From positions 22,754,001 through 22,818,000 of the forward strand of contig NC_043020.1 of NCBI RefSeq assembly GCF_006345805.1: a DNA stretch of 64,000 nucleotides, in the 5' to 3' direction. Each line of letters begins with the position of its first letter. Position 1 is the first letter of the stretch. Below are positions 25,255-39,039 of the stretch, piece after piece. Source of the stretch: Octopus sinensis. Its lineage: Eukaryota. Under the pieces are notes generated by a model. That model was given only the letters and a program-made list of their open reading frames with translations. It had not been told where the DNA came from and did no database searches. A program made the position numbers and the translations under genes.

Positions 25255-25710
25255 GTTTGTTCCTTCTCGAGCCATGCCTGGCTCATAAGGGCCAGTTTCC
25301 CGGTTTCCTTGGTGTATAGGTTCCTCACCTGAACAGGACGCTGGTTCGTCGCAGGTGAGATGCAGGAGGAAAGAGTGAGAGAAAATAGTGGCGAAAGAGT
25401 CAGCAGAAGTTCGCCATTACCTTCTGCCGGATTTGGTAGATGGAAACTGAAAGAAGCCCGTCGTATATATGTATGTGTATATATATGTGTGTGTGTGTGT
25501 TTGTGTGTCTGTTTGTCCCCCCAACATCACTTGACAACCGATGCTGGTATGTTTACATCCCTGTAACTTAGCGGTTTGGCAAAAGAGACCGATTGAATAA
25601 GTACTAGGCTTACAAAGAATAAGACCTGGGGTCGATTTGCTCGACTAAAGGCAGTGCTCCAGCATAGCCACAGTCAAATGACTGAAACAAGTAGAAGAGT
25701 AAAGAGTATA
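25255..25710 (+). mobile_element. Unclassified interspersed repeat (25255-25430) joined to a SINE family A 3' part (25428-25710)
   Basis: ggctcataagggccagtttcccggtttcc...caggacgctggttcgtcgcagg has a reverse-orientation relative at ~30345-30400; the family A tail follows. Confidence 0.55.
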
Positions 25711-26489
25711 GAAAAGACAAACAACATTCTACTATTTTAAAAATGAAGAATTCTTTAGATAAATATAATCCTAGGAGCACTGTTTGGAACTAAACAGGAT
25801 GGGCATGGCAGGAGTGTCTTTGATCATAGTTTTGTCTACTTATGGTTGACCTAGCTAAACAACAACAACACCATTTGTTGTTCATCAGAAAGGGTTAATT
25901 CAGCCTAGTTTAAGACTAGTTCCTTGGCCCTTACAGACTGCAGGGTGCGGATCGAGGAATATTTGGTTGGTATTTCTAGCAAGGTAAATGACCACGTACA
26001 GGTAGTGTTATGATCACGAGATGATGCTGTGGCGTGATGACAGACCTGTCCACACTCATGTTGGTATGGTGAGGTGGTGGTGGTGGTGGGCGGGCAAATA
26101 TTTAAATGGTAGGCGGAATGTGCTGGTGATGGTGGCGGTGGTGGTGGTGATGATGGTGCTAGAGAGATGATGATAACGATGATGATGATGGTGCTAGAGA
26201 GATGATGATAACGATGATGATGATGGTCATGATGATGATGATGATGACATTGATATGACAATGGTGATAACGATAGTGATGATTATATATTTTTGACACT
26301 TCAAGCACACACACACACACACACACACACATGCACACACACACATGCACACACACACACACACACACACACACAGGGATTCTATTTCTCCCAGATAGCC
26401 AGATAATTAATTACAGTTTACTTTCTATGACATGTCTATATATATATATTTTTTTTTACATAACATCAACAATAACCATAATGATGATT

Positions 26490-27094
26490 TCAAATTTTGG
26501 CACAAGGCCAGCAATTTCAGAGGAGGGAGTAAGTCAATCACATCGACCCCAGTGCTCAACTGATACTTATTTTATCAACCTCAAAAGGATGAAAAGAAAA
26601 GTTGACCTCAGCGGAATTTGAACTCAGAATGGAACAATGAGCGAAATACTGCTAAGCATTTCATCCAGCATGCTAACCATTCTTTCTGCTATAAACACAA
26701 AGCCTGGATTTTGTGGGGATGGGGACAGTCAATTATATCAACTTCAACATTCAACTGGTACTTAATTTACATTATTTACTTTATTTACATTTGACAGATA
26801 TTTGTCCTCATCTTGTTTGTTGTTAACATAATGTTTCGGCTGATATACCCTCCAGCCTTCATCAGGAGTCTTGGGGAAATTTTGAACCTGGGTTCTCATT
26901 CCTAACATATTTTGCAATGTTGTTGTTGTTATTATTATTATTATTATTATTACTATTATTCAGGTCACTACCTGAAATCGAACTCAGAATCTTGGTGTTA
27001 GTAGCCCACGCTCTTAAGCAGTACGCCATATGGCATAGTGGTTAAGAGAGCGGGCTACTAACCTCAAGATTCCGAGTTCGATTTCAGGTAGTGA

Positions 27095-27129
<35 letters not shown>

Positions 27130-27445
27130 TTGAAAAATCCCTTAGAAATGAGAACCCAGGTTCAAAATTTCCCCCAAGACACCTGATGAAGGCTGGAGAG
27201 TAAATCAGCCAAAACATTGTGTTAACCACAAACAAGATGAGGACAAATATCCGTCAAATGTAAATAATGTACATAATTCCTCATCTCTTAAATATAGAAC
27301 TGTGGTACTTAATTTATTGACCCCAAAAAGATGAAAGGCAAAGCCGACCTCGATGGAATTTGAACTCAGAACGTAGCGGCTGATGTAATATCACTAAGCA
27401 TTTCACTTGGAATGCTAACGATTCTGCCAGCTTGCCAATACCATC
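26490..27445 (-). mobile_element. SINE family C (Nin/Deu-domain-like) copies, one split by the family E dimer
   Basis: ctggtacttaattt|attgaccccaaaagatgaaaggcaaagccgacctc is contiguous once 26770-27316 is removed. Confidence 0.75.
26770..27302. mobile_element. Head-to-head palindromic dimer of SINE family E, each arm with a decayed HHR
   Basis: Arms meet at gccatatggc (centre 27029/27030); HHR motifs at 26825-26870 (-) and 27178-27223 (+); 14-bp TSD tggtacttaattta at 26756-26769 and 27303-27316. Confidence 0.9.
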
Positions 27446-28090
27446 CAACAATCTCAGCAGATGCTAAAACTGCAGCATATGTCAACACATCATTGTGTTG
27501 GCCTCACCATGCTGAGCTGTTTATGTAGGCCAAGGGCTGGTAAGCTCCTTATATCATTGAGCCCTTCATGACATCGTTGCTAAATTATTGACCCCTATCG
27601 TGTTACTTTCTTAAAATGAAATTTTTAAAAAATATAATTGATAAAGTAAATTCTTGATTTGAAAATGATAATTATTTTGTTCTTTTGTATCGTTAACAGC
27701 TTTTTAATAAGAAATTTTCGAAGAAATTTAATGGAAAGTAATTTAGCAAAATTTATAAAGCATAATAAGAATCCAATACAAATTACATTAGTATAATTGG
27801 AATATTTAATGTGAAATAAGAACCCTTATAAAATTAAAAAGTATTATTTAATAAAAACAAATTCTTGATTTTAGAAAAAAACAATAATTTCTTCATCCTT
27901 TTGTGTCATTAATGCTTTTTTAATACGAAATATTTTAAGGAAAATACTCAATGAAATTAATAAAGAACCATAATAATTCATTCATATGATATTGATAGAG
28001 TCAGAATATTTAATATGAAATAAGTGTCTAGTGAATTTTAGTTAATATTGGCATCGATATTTGGCTAAAATTAGTGAGTTTTAGCTTTAA

Positions 28091-28686
28091 ACTAGCAGTA
28101 TAGCCCGGCGTTGCTCGGGTTTGTTTTCTTTTCGACCCTTTAGAATTGGAATTTTTGAAAAGTAAAAATTTTGTATTATGTAGCTTGTTATTCTCTTTAA
28201 GTGAACATTTTTCTGGTTGAAATACACAGCAAAATGACAACACAGCAGTCAAAAAATCTTAAAAAATAAGGATAGTATAGCCCGGCATTGCTCGGGTTTG
28301 TTTTCTTTTTGACCCTTTAGAATTGGAGTTTTTGAAAAGTAAAAATTTGGCATTATGTAGCTTGTTATTCTCTTTAAGTTTACATTTTTCAGGTTGAAAT
28401 ACACTGAAAAATGACAACACAGTAGTAAAAAAATCGTAAAAAAATAGGGATTTTCATAGAAAAAAAGCACCTTTTTGATGTAAATAATTTTTGGTCTTAA
28501 CATGGTCCGATTTGAATTTTTTCTTCTACGGAAGGAAGAGTAAGCCTTTTTCTATCATACTCTCAATTTTGGTCAACTTGCGCTGCAGGGTCTCAGAGGA
28601 GATACTGTTTGTTGAAGGCTACCAAACCTGCCATACACACACACACACACACACACACAGACAACTTCAGCTTTATATGTATAGAT
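28091..28686 (+). mobile_element. Helentron/Helitron-associated non-autonomous element (DINE-1/HINE-like)
   Basis: Starts actag...cccggcgttgctcggg; has (CA)n then acagacaacttcagctttatatgtatagat at the 3' end; internal 177-bp duplication (28097 and 28274). Confidence 0.7.
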
Positions 28687-28798
28687 TATTGCATTCTTCA
28701 CGATTCAGTTTGCTTTATGATCCAGCATCCTTAATTCTCAAAATCGTTTCAGGTGTTTATCAAATGCCTTGGTAAGCCACATAGACCCACTATTCCAA

Positions 28799-29600
28799 GG
28801 GATCAATTCTGGCCACTTTGCTAACATATGATATAGACAATATTCATAGTGACAAGTAGAACATGTCCCTTTCACAAAGATCAGGCACTCTAAACTGTTA
28901 GATGAAAGCTGGGATTAGGTACAGTAATTAAGAGTAAGGTATAGAGATTATTGGTAAGGCACAGAGATTAGGGATAAAGAACAAAGATTAAAGGTAAGGC
29001 ACAGGGGTTATGGGTAAGCTACAGGGATTAGAGTTTACTAGGGATCAATTTTGGCCACTTTGTTAATATAGACAATATTCATAGTGACAAGTGGAATATG
29101 TCCCTTTCACAAAACCCAAAGATCAAGCACTCCAAACTGTTAGATAAAAACTGGGGTAAGGTATAGAGATTATTGATAAGGCACAGAGATTAGGGATAAA
29201 GTACAAAGATTAAGGATAAGGCACATGGGTTATGGGTAAGCTACAGGGATTAGGGTTTACTAAAGAGATTATGGGTAAGGTGTTCAGCAATTAGGGATAA
29301 GGTACAAAGATTAGGAGTAAGGTATAGAGATTATTGGTAAAGGACAGAGATTAGAGATAAAGTACAAAGATTAAGGGTAAAGCACAGGGGTTATGGGTAA
29401 GCTACAGGGATTAGAGTTTACTAAAGAGATTATGGGTAAGGTACAGCAATTAGGGATAAGGTACAAAGATTAGGAGTAAGATATGGGGTTATTGATAAAG
29501 TACAAAGATTAGGGATACAACATAGGGATTAAGGGTAAGGTACAGGGATTAGGGTAAAGTAGAGAGATTATGGGTAGAATACAGGGAATAGAAGGTAACA
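28799..29600. repeat. 242-bp duplication plus ~20-nt GATTAGGG-rich minisatellite
   Basis: gggatcaatt... at 28799 and 29041; ggtaaggtacagggattagg-type subunits to ~29600. Confidence 0.85.
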
Positions 29601-30616
29601 GTAAATAGAAACCACACATTCACAACCTCTGCCCAACCTTTCTGGAATGATCTCCTCTCATCCCATTTCTACATGTGTCAGGCCACCCTGTGCATAACCC
29701 CATCCAAATAACAATAAAAGCTTGTCGCGTGCTCCATACACACACTTACACACACACACACACACACACATACACGCACTTCTTGTGTCACACTGGCACC
29801 ACCTACTTTGTGGTAGAGGTGGTGGTGGTGGTGGTGGTAGTGGTGGTGTGCTACTGTGGCAGAGATGGGGATAGTAGTAGTAGATGCAGCAGCAGTGGTG
29901 GTGGTGGTGGTGGTGGTGGTCATAGTGGTGGTGGTAATAGTGGTGGTGTTGGTGGTGATGCTGGCGGTGGTGGTGGTGGTAGTAGTAATAGTAGTAGTAG
30001 TAGTTGTAGTAGTAGTAATAGTAGTAGTAGTAGTAGTAGTTACGTATTGTTTTATGGTGACAAATAGCAATTATATAACTTTCTTTCTTTCTTCCCTTCT
30101 CCTACAGCAATTAGCGTGTTGTTAATTGCAGTGATTTATAATCAATGCTAATTACAACAATAATTACCACTCTCACTCATGCTGCCAAAAATAACAACAG
30201 AAATTGTAAACATTGTCATTTGGTGAGAAATCCGTATTGTTAGGGGCAGGGCCCAAATGAATTCAAGGTTGGTACGGGACAGGCGGTTTGACAAGATCTG
30301 CTGGGTCCAAGGACTGCATCATGCTCCGGAGTTTGTCAACCAAAAGAGTGACCCTGCCGCAAACTAGCATCCTGTCACCTGAAACCAAGTAACCAGCCCT
30401 ATGTGGCCTGGGACTCAAGACAATATTGCCCAGGGACCGCTGCTACTACTGCAGCTACTGATGATGGTGATGATGATGATGATGTCGCCAGTATTGTCTA
30501 TATCACCAGTTGAATTGTACCCCAATATATCACTGGTATTATTTAACTGTTGCTACTGCTGTAGCAATAATAATAATAATAATAATGATAATAATAATAA
30601 TAATAATAACAATTAA

Positions 30617-30835
30617 TTCTTTTATTGGCCACAAGGGCTGACAAAAATAAATTATTACATAAAGGGACAAAAACAGGACGAAAGTTACAAAGGGTTTTGT
30701 CCGTTTGTGAAATCGAGTAAAAAACAGTTTAACAACGAAAGATTATAACAATGAAAATCTCCCAAAAGGGGAAAGCGTTACGAAAGGTTCCTGGTGGAAA
30801 AAAACCCATAAAAGCCAACGGGAGCCTGGTCAAAA
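30617..30835 (-). mobile_element. Tx1-related LINE 3'UTR fragment beside (AAT)n
   Basis: tctttt-attggccacaagggctg resembles the 3' end of the 46436-48979 LINE; ggtggaaaaaaacccataaaagccaacgggagcctggtcaa resembles its 46715-46760 segment. Confidence 0.55.
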
Positions 30836-30884
30836 AGGCGGGTAGAGAGCCCCTTTCTCCTTTTGTAATACCTTTTTAAATTAC

Positions 30885-31252
30885 AGGTAATAATAGTAGG
30901 GAATATAATTCCAAACTTACAGGGAAAAATTCAATTTAGCAATTCTAAATCAAATTTTACAATATATAATATATATATAATTTAGAGAAAATCTTCTATT
31001 AAGCAATTCAAAAATGAAAGATGTTATTCACACAATATAGAAAACATGTATACTATAAAAACCTTATAATAAAAATCAATAAAGTACAAAAACAAAATAA
31101 ATAGTAAATACTACTATTACTACTATTTACTATTTATTGTTTTTGTACTTTATTGATTTTCATAATAAGGTTTTTATTGTATATGTTTTCTATATGGTGT
31201 GAATAACATCTTTCATTATTGAATTGTTTAACAGAGGTTTTTCTCTAGATTA
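30885..31252. mobile_element. Family F copy ending in a ~130-bp fold-back
   Basis: ~30978-31110 is the near reverse complement of ~31124-31252. Confidence 0.75.
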
Positions 31253-31272
31253 CTTATATACATACATATACA

Positions 31273-31725
<453 letters not shown>

Positions 31726-32060
31726 TACAGTAGGCTTCCTTCAGTTTCTGTCTGTCAAATCTACACATGGGGCTTTGGTCTGCCCGAGGTTACAGAAGAG
31801 TTGTCCAAGTTTGCCAAGCAGTGGGACTGAACCGAAGATCATGTGGTTGGGAAGCAAACTTCTTACCACACAGCCACACTTGCACCTATAATGAGTTTAT
31901 AATTTGTTAATTATAACATGTTAATTAGAGCCAACTCAATGGCAGGATTAGTACCGACAATCAGTGATATCACAGAACGGAATTTGAAATTGCTTCATTT
32001 TGTATTTAACTCCATGTATTCTGTATTTACTCATGAGAAAATAGCACCCCTAATTTAGTG

Positions 32061-32923
32061 TTAACCATTTAGCATTTAAACTACCCAAATCAGGCCCAAA
32101 TTTTCAATCTGTTTTATGTTTAAGGCGGCCATATCTAACCTTTCACACATATCCTGCAATGTCATTCGGTAAAGGTGCATGGCTAGGTGGTTAGTGTATT
32201 CAGTTCATGATCATAAGGTTATGAGTTCAATATTTGGCAGCACATTGTGTCCTGGGGCATACATACATTCTGAGTGTGCTGGGTGTTTGCCGCACATCCA
32301 TCAAAATTCGCAAATTCATTATAAATATTATTTTCTACTCTAGACACAAGGCCTGAAACTTTTGGGGAGGTGGGGGGGGCGAGTCAATTAGATCAACCCC
32401 AGTATGCAACTGGTACTTAATTTATCAACCTCCCCACCCCACCCGAAAGGATAAAAGGCAAAGTCGACCTTGGGGGTTTCATTATAAATATTAACCTTAC
32501 ACGTTAATTTAATCACAAATCTTAATGAAAATATTTTGTCATACAAATTATAGGTGCAGGAGTGGCTGTGTGGTAAGTCACTTGCTTACCAACCACATGG
32601 TTCCGGGTTCAGTCCCACTGTGTGGCACCTTGGGCAAGTGTCTTCTAGTATAGCCTCGGGCCGACCAAAGCCTTGTAAGTGGATTTGGAGTGCTCAGCCA
32701 CTTACACATTGATTTCACAAGCAGGCTGCTTCCATTGATCAGACCATCTGGTGCACCCGTCATCATAACCGGTGGAGCGCCATATTTAAACAATGTCATT
32801 CTAAAAATAAACAATCATATCATCGAAATCCCAAACTGTGAGATAACAGATTCGTTAATTCAAAACAATGTGAATTAATAAATATCATATTTGACAGAGT
32901 AATGGGAATGGTAATGGGTTGAA
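32061..32923 (+). mobile_element. Nested cluster: piggyBac-type MITE > family B SINE > family C and A SINE pieces
   Basis: MITE halves 32061-32167 and 32791-32923; 11-bp TSD caatgtcattc (32157-32167 and 32791-32801); family B head at 32168 and tail at 32688-32790. Confidence 0.7.
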
Positions 32924-32967
32924 TCTTAGTACAAAATTTTTTAGTGTAGCCCCCATGTATAAGTTAC

Positions 32968-33665
32968 TCTTTTAGTCTTTTACTTGTTTCGGTCATTTGA
33001 CTGCGGCCATGCTGGAGCACCGCCTTTAGTCGAGCAAATCGACCCCCAGGACTTATTCTTTGGAAGCCTAGTACTTATTCTATCATGTTTTTTTTTTTTT
33101 GTCAAACTGCTAAGTTACAGGGACGTAAACACACCAGCATCGGTCTTCAAGCGATGTTTGGGGAACAAACACAGACACACACACACACACACGCACACAC
33201 ACACACACACAAACACACAAACCCACACACACACACATGCACACACACACACACACAAACACACAAACGCACACACACATTCGCACACACACACACACAC
33301 ACATATATATACACGACGGGCTTCTTTCAGTTTCCATCTACCAAATCCACTCACAAGGCTTTGGTCGGCCCGAGGCTATAGTATAAGACACTTGCCCAGG
33401 GTGCCACGCAGTGGGACTGAACCCGGAACCATGTGGTTGGTAAACAAGCTACTTACCACACAGCCACTAAATATATATACATATATATATATATATATGT
33501 ATATATACGACGGGCTTCTTTCAGTTTCCATCTACCAAATCCACTCACAAGGCTTTGGTCGGCCCGAGGCTATAGTATAAGACAATTGCCCAGGGTGCCA
33601 CGCAGTGGGACTGAACCCAGAACCATGTGGTTTGTAAGCAAGCTACTTACCACACAGCCACTCCT
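32968..33665 (-). mobile_element. SINE family A with a tandemly duplicated head
   Basis: Near-identical 33313-33470 and 33507-33663, separated by (TA)n. Confidence 0.85.
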
Positions 33666-34350
33666 AAGTTGCACACAGTTTTTTTTTTTTTGACTTAGTC
33701 AAAACCAAGTAAAAAATAGAGTGACATAGGCACCAGTAAAAACAGAAACATAATCCTTTGTTTCTCGACCAGAGTATGAAGAAAAACATCCTGGAATTGT
33801 AGTTACCGTTTTTAGCTGTCTCAGTCTGGAGAAAATTTGTTGGTGCATTCTGAGGCCTGACTACTTAGTATAAAAGGCAAAGCAAGCATGGGGGTGGCTA
33901 GGGAATTTTACAAAGGGAATTCTACAAAGGGAATTCTATGTACAGCTCGCTATGCCCGGAAGTAAGGGATATGGAAACTTAGTGATTCCCAGATACTCCA
34001 TTTTTAGCAACAGACAATATGTTACTTATAAAATACATACATATATATACATACATACAAACATATCTACATATGTGTATATATATACATGTGTATATAT
34101 ATACTTGTATTAATATAAATATATCTGTTAAAAAGAGATGTCAGTGTTATTTTGATTTTCGCGTAATTTCGACGACAGTTTATTCACCGCACCCTGTAGA
34201 TATGTATATACATACAGAGAGAGAGAGAGAGAGAGAGAGAGTGATGTACATACTTGTATAAAATACATACACACATGTATGTATGTGTGTGTATACATAT
34301 CACCATCATCATCATCATCATCATTTAACATCTGTTTTCCATATAGATGA

Positions 34351-34386
<36 letters not shown>

Positions 34387-34487
34387 CACAAACACGGATA
34401 GTTATATGTGTGTCTTTAATATATATATACATTTGTATCTATATATATATATATAGATAGACAGATAGATATAGATATAGATATATG

Positions 34488-34540
<53 letters not shown>

Positions 34541-34789
34541 CATATATACATATATGCACATATATACACGCACGTAGATAACCTTCATATGGTACCTGAG
34601 CAAATTCCTCCATTAAACAGCAGACAGATGAATGACACCTGGATATGTTTCCAACAGCAACGCCTACAACTTGCAGTTTATGGAATATGAAAATAAAGCT
34701 TAAAAGATGTTGCGAGCTTCTTCTTTTGAATTTATCACAGACTATGACCAATACTGGCCAAAATATGTCATATATACATATATATATAT

Positions 34790-35020
34790 AAGGCGAGCTG
34801 GCAGAAACGTTAGCGCGCCGGGCGAAATGCGTAGCCGTATTTCATCTGTCGTTACGTTCCGTGTTCAAATTCCGCCGAGGTCGACTTTGCCTTTCATCCT
34901 TTCGGGGTCGATAAATTAAGTACCAGTTACGCACTGGGGTCGATGTAATCAACTTAATCCGTTTGTCGGTCCTTGTTTGTCCCCTCTGTGTTTAGCTCCT
35001 TGTGGGTAGTAAAGAAATAT
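34790..35020 (+). mobile_element. SINE family C, full length (tRNA-like head, Nin/Deu-like domain, Tx1-like tail)
   Basis: ggcgagctggcagaaacgttagc...gttcaaattcc head; gcctttcatcctttcggggtcgataaattaagtaccag middle; ctctgtgtttagctccttgtgggtagtaaagaaata tail. Confidence 0.85.
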
Positions 35021-35054
35021 ATACATATATATATAATAATAATAATATATATAT

Positions 35055-35310
35055 ATATAATAATTATTATTTGAGGGAATAAAATCCAAACTTACAAGGA
35101 AAAAGAATTCAATTTAGAAATACTAAATCAAATTACACACAATATAATATATACATCTAAAATATTAGAAAAAACCACCTTTTATCAATTCAAAATGAAT
35201 AATTAAAGTACACCATCTAGAAAATTACATATAATAGAAAAGTTAAAATTAAAATAACAATAAAATGTAAAGATTAAGTAAATTGCAAAAATGATAATAA
35301 AAATGTATTT
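35055..35310. mobile_element. AT-rich repeat family F
   Basis: Homologous to 21215-21450. Confidence 0.65.
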
Positions 35311-35782
35311 AATATATACACACACATGCACACACAGACATATCTCTTCCCACCCCTACACACTCAATAATACTATAAAAAGAGTCAAAATTCCTGCAAA
35401 AGTTAGTTCAATTTGACGACTCCACCAGAGTGGATGAAAGCGCCAATATACGATATATGATTTATAAAAACATGTATCATACTAATAAATATCTGTAAAT
35501 ATAAAACCATCCAGATTTCTGAGTACCTCATTTCTTCTAATATATATATATACATATATACACACACACACATACACATATGTATATATACACGTATATA
35601 AATATAGATAGAAGAACAGACAGACTGAAAGAAGCAGATTTGTTTATTCATTCCTTCAACATCCGTTTTTACCATGCCAGAGTAAGTTTGACATAGGCCT
35701 GTTTGAGGTTCCATATATGTATATGTGTGTATGTGTGTGTGTGTGTATACATACATACATACACACACATATATATATACAG

Positions 35783-36100
35783 TGAGGGCACGTGGCTTGG
35801 TGGTTAGGGCATTCGGCTCATGATCGTAAGGTTGTGAGTTCGATTCCCGGCGACGCGTTGTGTCCTTGAGCAAGATACTTTATTTCACGTTGCTCCAGTC
35901 CACTCAGCTGGCAAAAATGAGTTGTACTTGTATTTCAAAGGGTCAGCCTTGTCACTCTCTGTGTCACGCTGATTATCCCCGAGAACTACGTTAAGGGTAT
36001 ACGTGTCTGTGGAATGCTCAGCCATTTGCACGTTAATTTCATGAGCAAGCTGGTCCGTTGATCGTATCAGCTGGGACCTCGTCGTCGTAACCAGCGGAGT
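35783..36100 (+). mobile_element. tRNA-derived SINE family B, full length
   Basis: gggcacgtggcttggtggttagg...gagttcgattcccgg head; gtgtccttgagcaagatactttatttcacgttgctccag core. Confidence 0.85.
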
Positions 36101-37018
36101 CTTTATATATATACACACACATATACATACATATATATATCCTGTATTGTTGTACTTTGTGAGATCCCCTTTAACAATTGGTCCCAGTTTAGTAATTCAA
36201 AATTTAATTAATTAATTGAGCAACTATAAAGCAAAAATTAATTGCAGACTGGTGCCTGTCTGCATTCTGCATTTGGTCGATTAATGGTCCTCATCAACTG
36301 TATAAAGATACAAGTTTCAACAACACATGGGTTTCACCTTAACGCTTCTGTAAAACATGCCTTTGCATGTACGTATACATGTGTGTGTGAGTACGTGTGT
36401 GTGTGTGTATGTGTGTGTGTGTGTGTGTGTGTGGTAGCCCCCACCCCCACTTTCAGATCCCCATCATAAACAACAGCCACAACCCATAAATTTGTACCTG
36501 AGCCCCCACCTATCAACGTGCCGTGCGGCAGAGGAGAGAACAGAGTCGTTAAAATAACATAACGCTGATGAATACAAATGAATGAATGAGCGATAATTAC
36601 GCAAAAAATCCAACAAACAAACAAACAAACAAAACAGACTTTTCTGTATTTGCCACAAGGGCAATTGGGTCACAACAAACAAAACAAAATGGTATATCAT
36701 TATCGTCACCATCATCATCATCATCCTCATCATTTAATGTCTGCCTTCTATGCTGGCATGGGTTGGATGGATGGATGGATGGATGGATGGTTTGACTGGT
36801 GCTTGTGAGCCGGAGGACTGTGCCAAGTTTCACTGTCTGCTGTGGCATGGTTTTTACGGCTGGATGCATATACATACATATATATATATATTCTGTTTTT
36901 AAAATGCTCGCTTCGAGAGTTGCATTCCCTCGTATTCGGTACAATGAGTTTATTTATTTTGGTGGTTTTGACTTTAAGAGTCTCTCCTAGCGTGAGGCAT
37001 TTATGTATAGTAATGCCC

Positions 37019-37074
<56 letters not shown>

Positions 37075-37378
37075 TAGATAGATAGATATATGTATATAAT
37101 ATATACCTACACACACATATACACATTCATAAAGACAAATACACACACACACACATATATATATAGACATATGTGTGTATACGCATGTGTGTGTGTGTAG
37201 ATTAGTTATAGTATTCCTTAGAATCTAGGTGCATCAACAATTAGGACACCAGAACTTGCTAGGTACCATACTTTGAAGTTCAATGTGAGAAATAAAAAAC
37301 AACCATTAGGTGTAATGTGTTGGTAAGGTACTGCAGGTAAGTATCTATATGTATGTATCTATATATATATATATATAT

Positions 37379-37412
<34 letters not shown>

Positions 37413-38093
37413 CCACAGAAACACTGCCAGATCAGACTGGAGCTTGTTGCAGCCTCATGGACTCCTAGATCCCGGTCAAACCGTCCTACCTCTGGAAAAC
37501 GAACATTAAACGATGATGATGATAATGATGATGATGATGATGATGATATATAAACATAGGATAGTGGTACAAAAATGCACCAATATTTACTGGAAATGGC
37601 AGTCAATAATATACTCAGAAGCAATACTACTGTATTGTAGTATTTATATATATATATATATATATAGTGACACACACATATATATACATATATGTATGTA
37701 GTATGTATAGGTCCTGGTAGGGTGTAAAGTCAGGGTATTTCCAGAGAAGCACACAGCCCCAATACTGTGTTATCAACACTGTCAGGTATTCCAGACCAAT
37801 GCCGGAATTCTACAAGTGTAGAAAATTTGGGTTTCACGACAGTCACACCGTAATGTGGGTTTGGCAAAGAGTAAATTATGATCCAAATTCTTGTTATTTC
37901 ATTCATATATTTATTGGTGCCAAATCCAGTATATCATGTATATCATATATATGTGATCTGATGGACCCAAGGGCCCAACTTAACAACGATGTCTCGGGCA
38001 CAGTATAGCTTTTGGGCCCACTCAAACCTGTCATATGGTCCAGCCCATGCTAGTGTATATATATCGATATATATATATATACATCTGTTTATA

Positions 38094-38133
<40 letters not shown>

Positions 38134-38229
38134 ATACAAACATGAAAACACAAAGAGAAAAGACAACAACGTGAGGATGTGCAACAGGTATAGTATTATT
38201 GGACGCTCAGGAAAGAAGGAAAGAAGGAG

Positions 38230-38266
38230 TGTTTAACGTTTCGAGCGGAGCTCTTCGTCGGAAACA
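38230..38266 (-). ncRNA. Minimal type I hammerhead motif (U4C variant) in a PLE-type tail (~38130-38345)
   Basis: Minus strand TGTTT-CCGACGA-A-GAGC-TCC-GCTC-GAAAC-GTT-AAACA; all stems perfect. Confidence 0.7.
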
Positions 38267-38387
38267 TAGAAAGAAAGATCCAGAGAAGGGAAGACAGAGG
38301 AAAAAAAATCGCCAACGGTACACACTCGGTCACATTACACACACACAAACACACATATATATACATACATACATACATATATATATA

Positions 38388-38486
<99 letters not shown>

Positions 38487-39039
38487 AATATAATATAAGA
38501 CTAAACTGTATGTATGCCACTATATGTTATAAAAAAGAATACAAAAATGGGACAAGAACACGACCCATCCTTGTTTTTTCTTATCCCATTTTGTGTATTC
38601 TTATATATATATGTATGTATACATTCATAGAAAGATAGAATGATAGATGGATAGATAGATAAATAGACCGGTAGATAGACCAACTGACTGATAGACAGAC
38701 AGATGGGTGGATAGATATTGCTTTTATTCAGCAGGCGTTGTTTTATCTCAAAGAAATTCAGGAACATATTGGAACAATTAAACATTCATATCATCACATC
38801 ACCAGGTTTAATTAAAGAAATATTGACTCTATGGCTGTATGTATAGCATGTTGAGTTCTTCTAGTCTAAATCAATCAACAATCAATTTACATTTATATAT
38901 GTATATAATTAATATATCTGTGTTTGTGTATGTGTATGTATACTGAATGTTACATGTGTGTATATACATGTATACATATATATATTTGATTAGAAATTGA
39001 AGATTTACAAATCAATTCTCTGAAGTTTGTAAAAAAAAA

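Noticed and set aside
35783-35855. tRNA gene
   Set aside because: A and B boxes are present but there is no convincing cloverleaf, and it runs into SINE body sequence; the same applies to all tRNA-like heads here.
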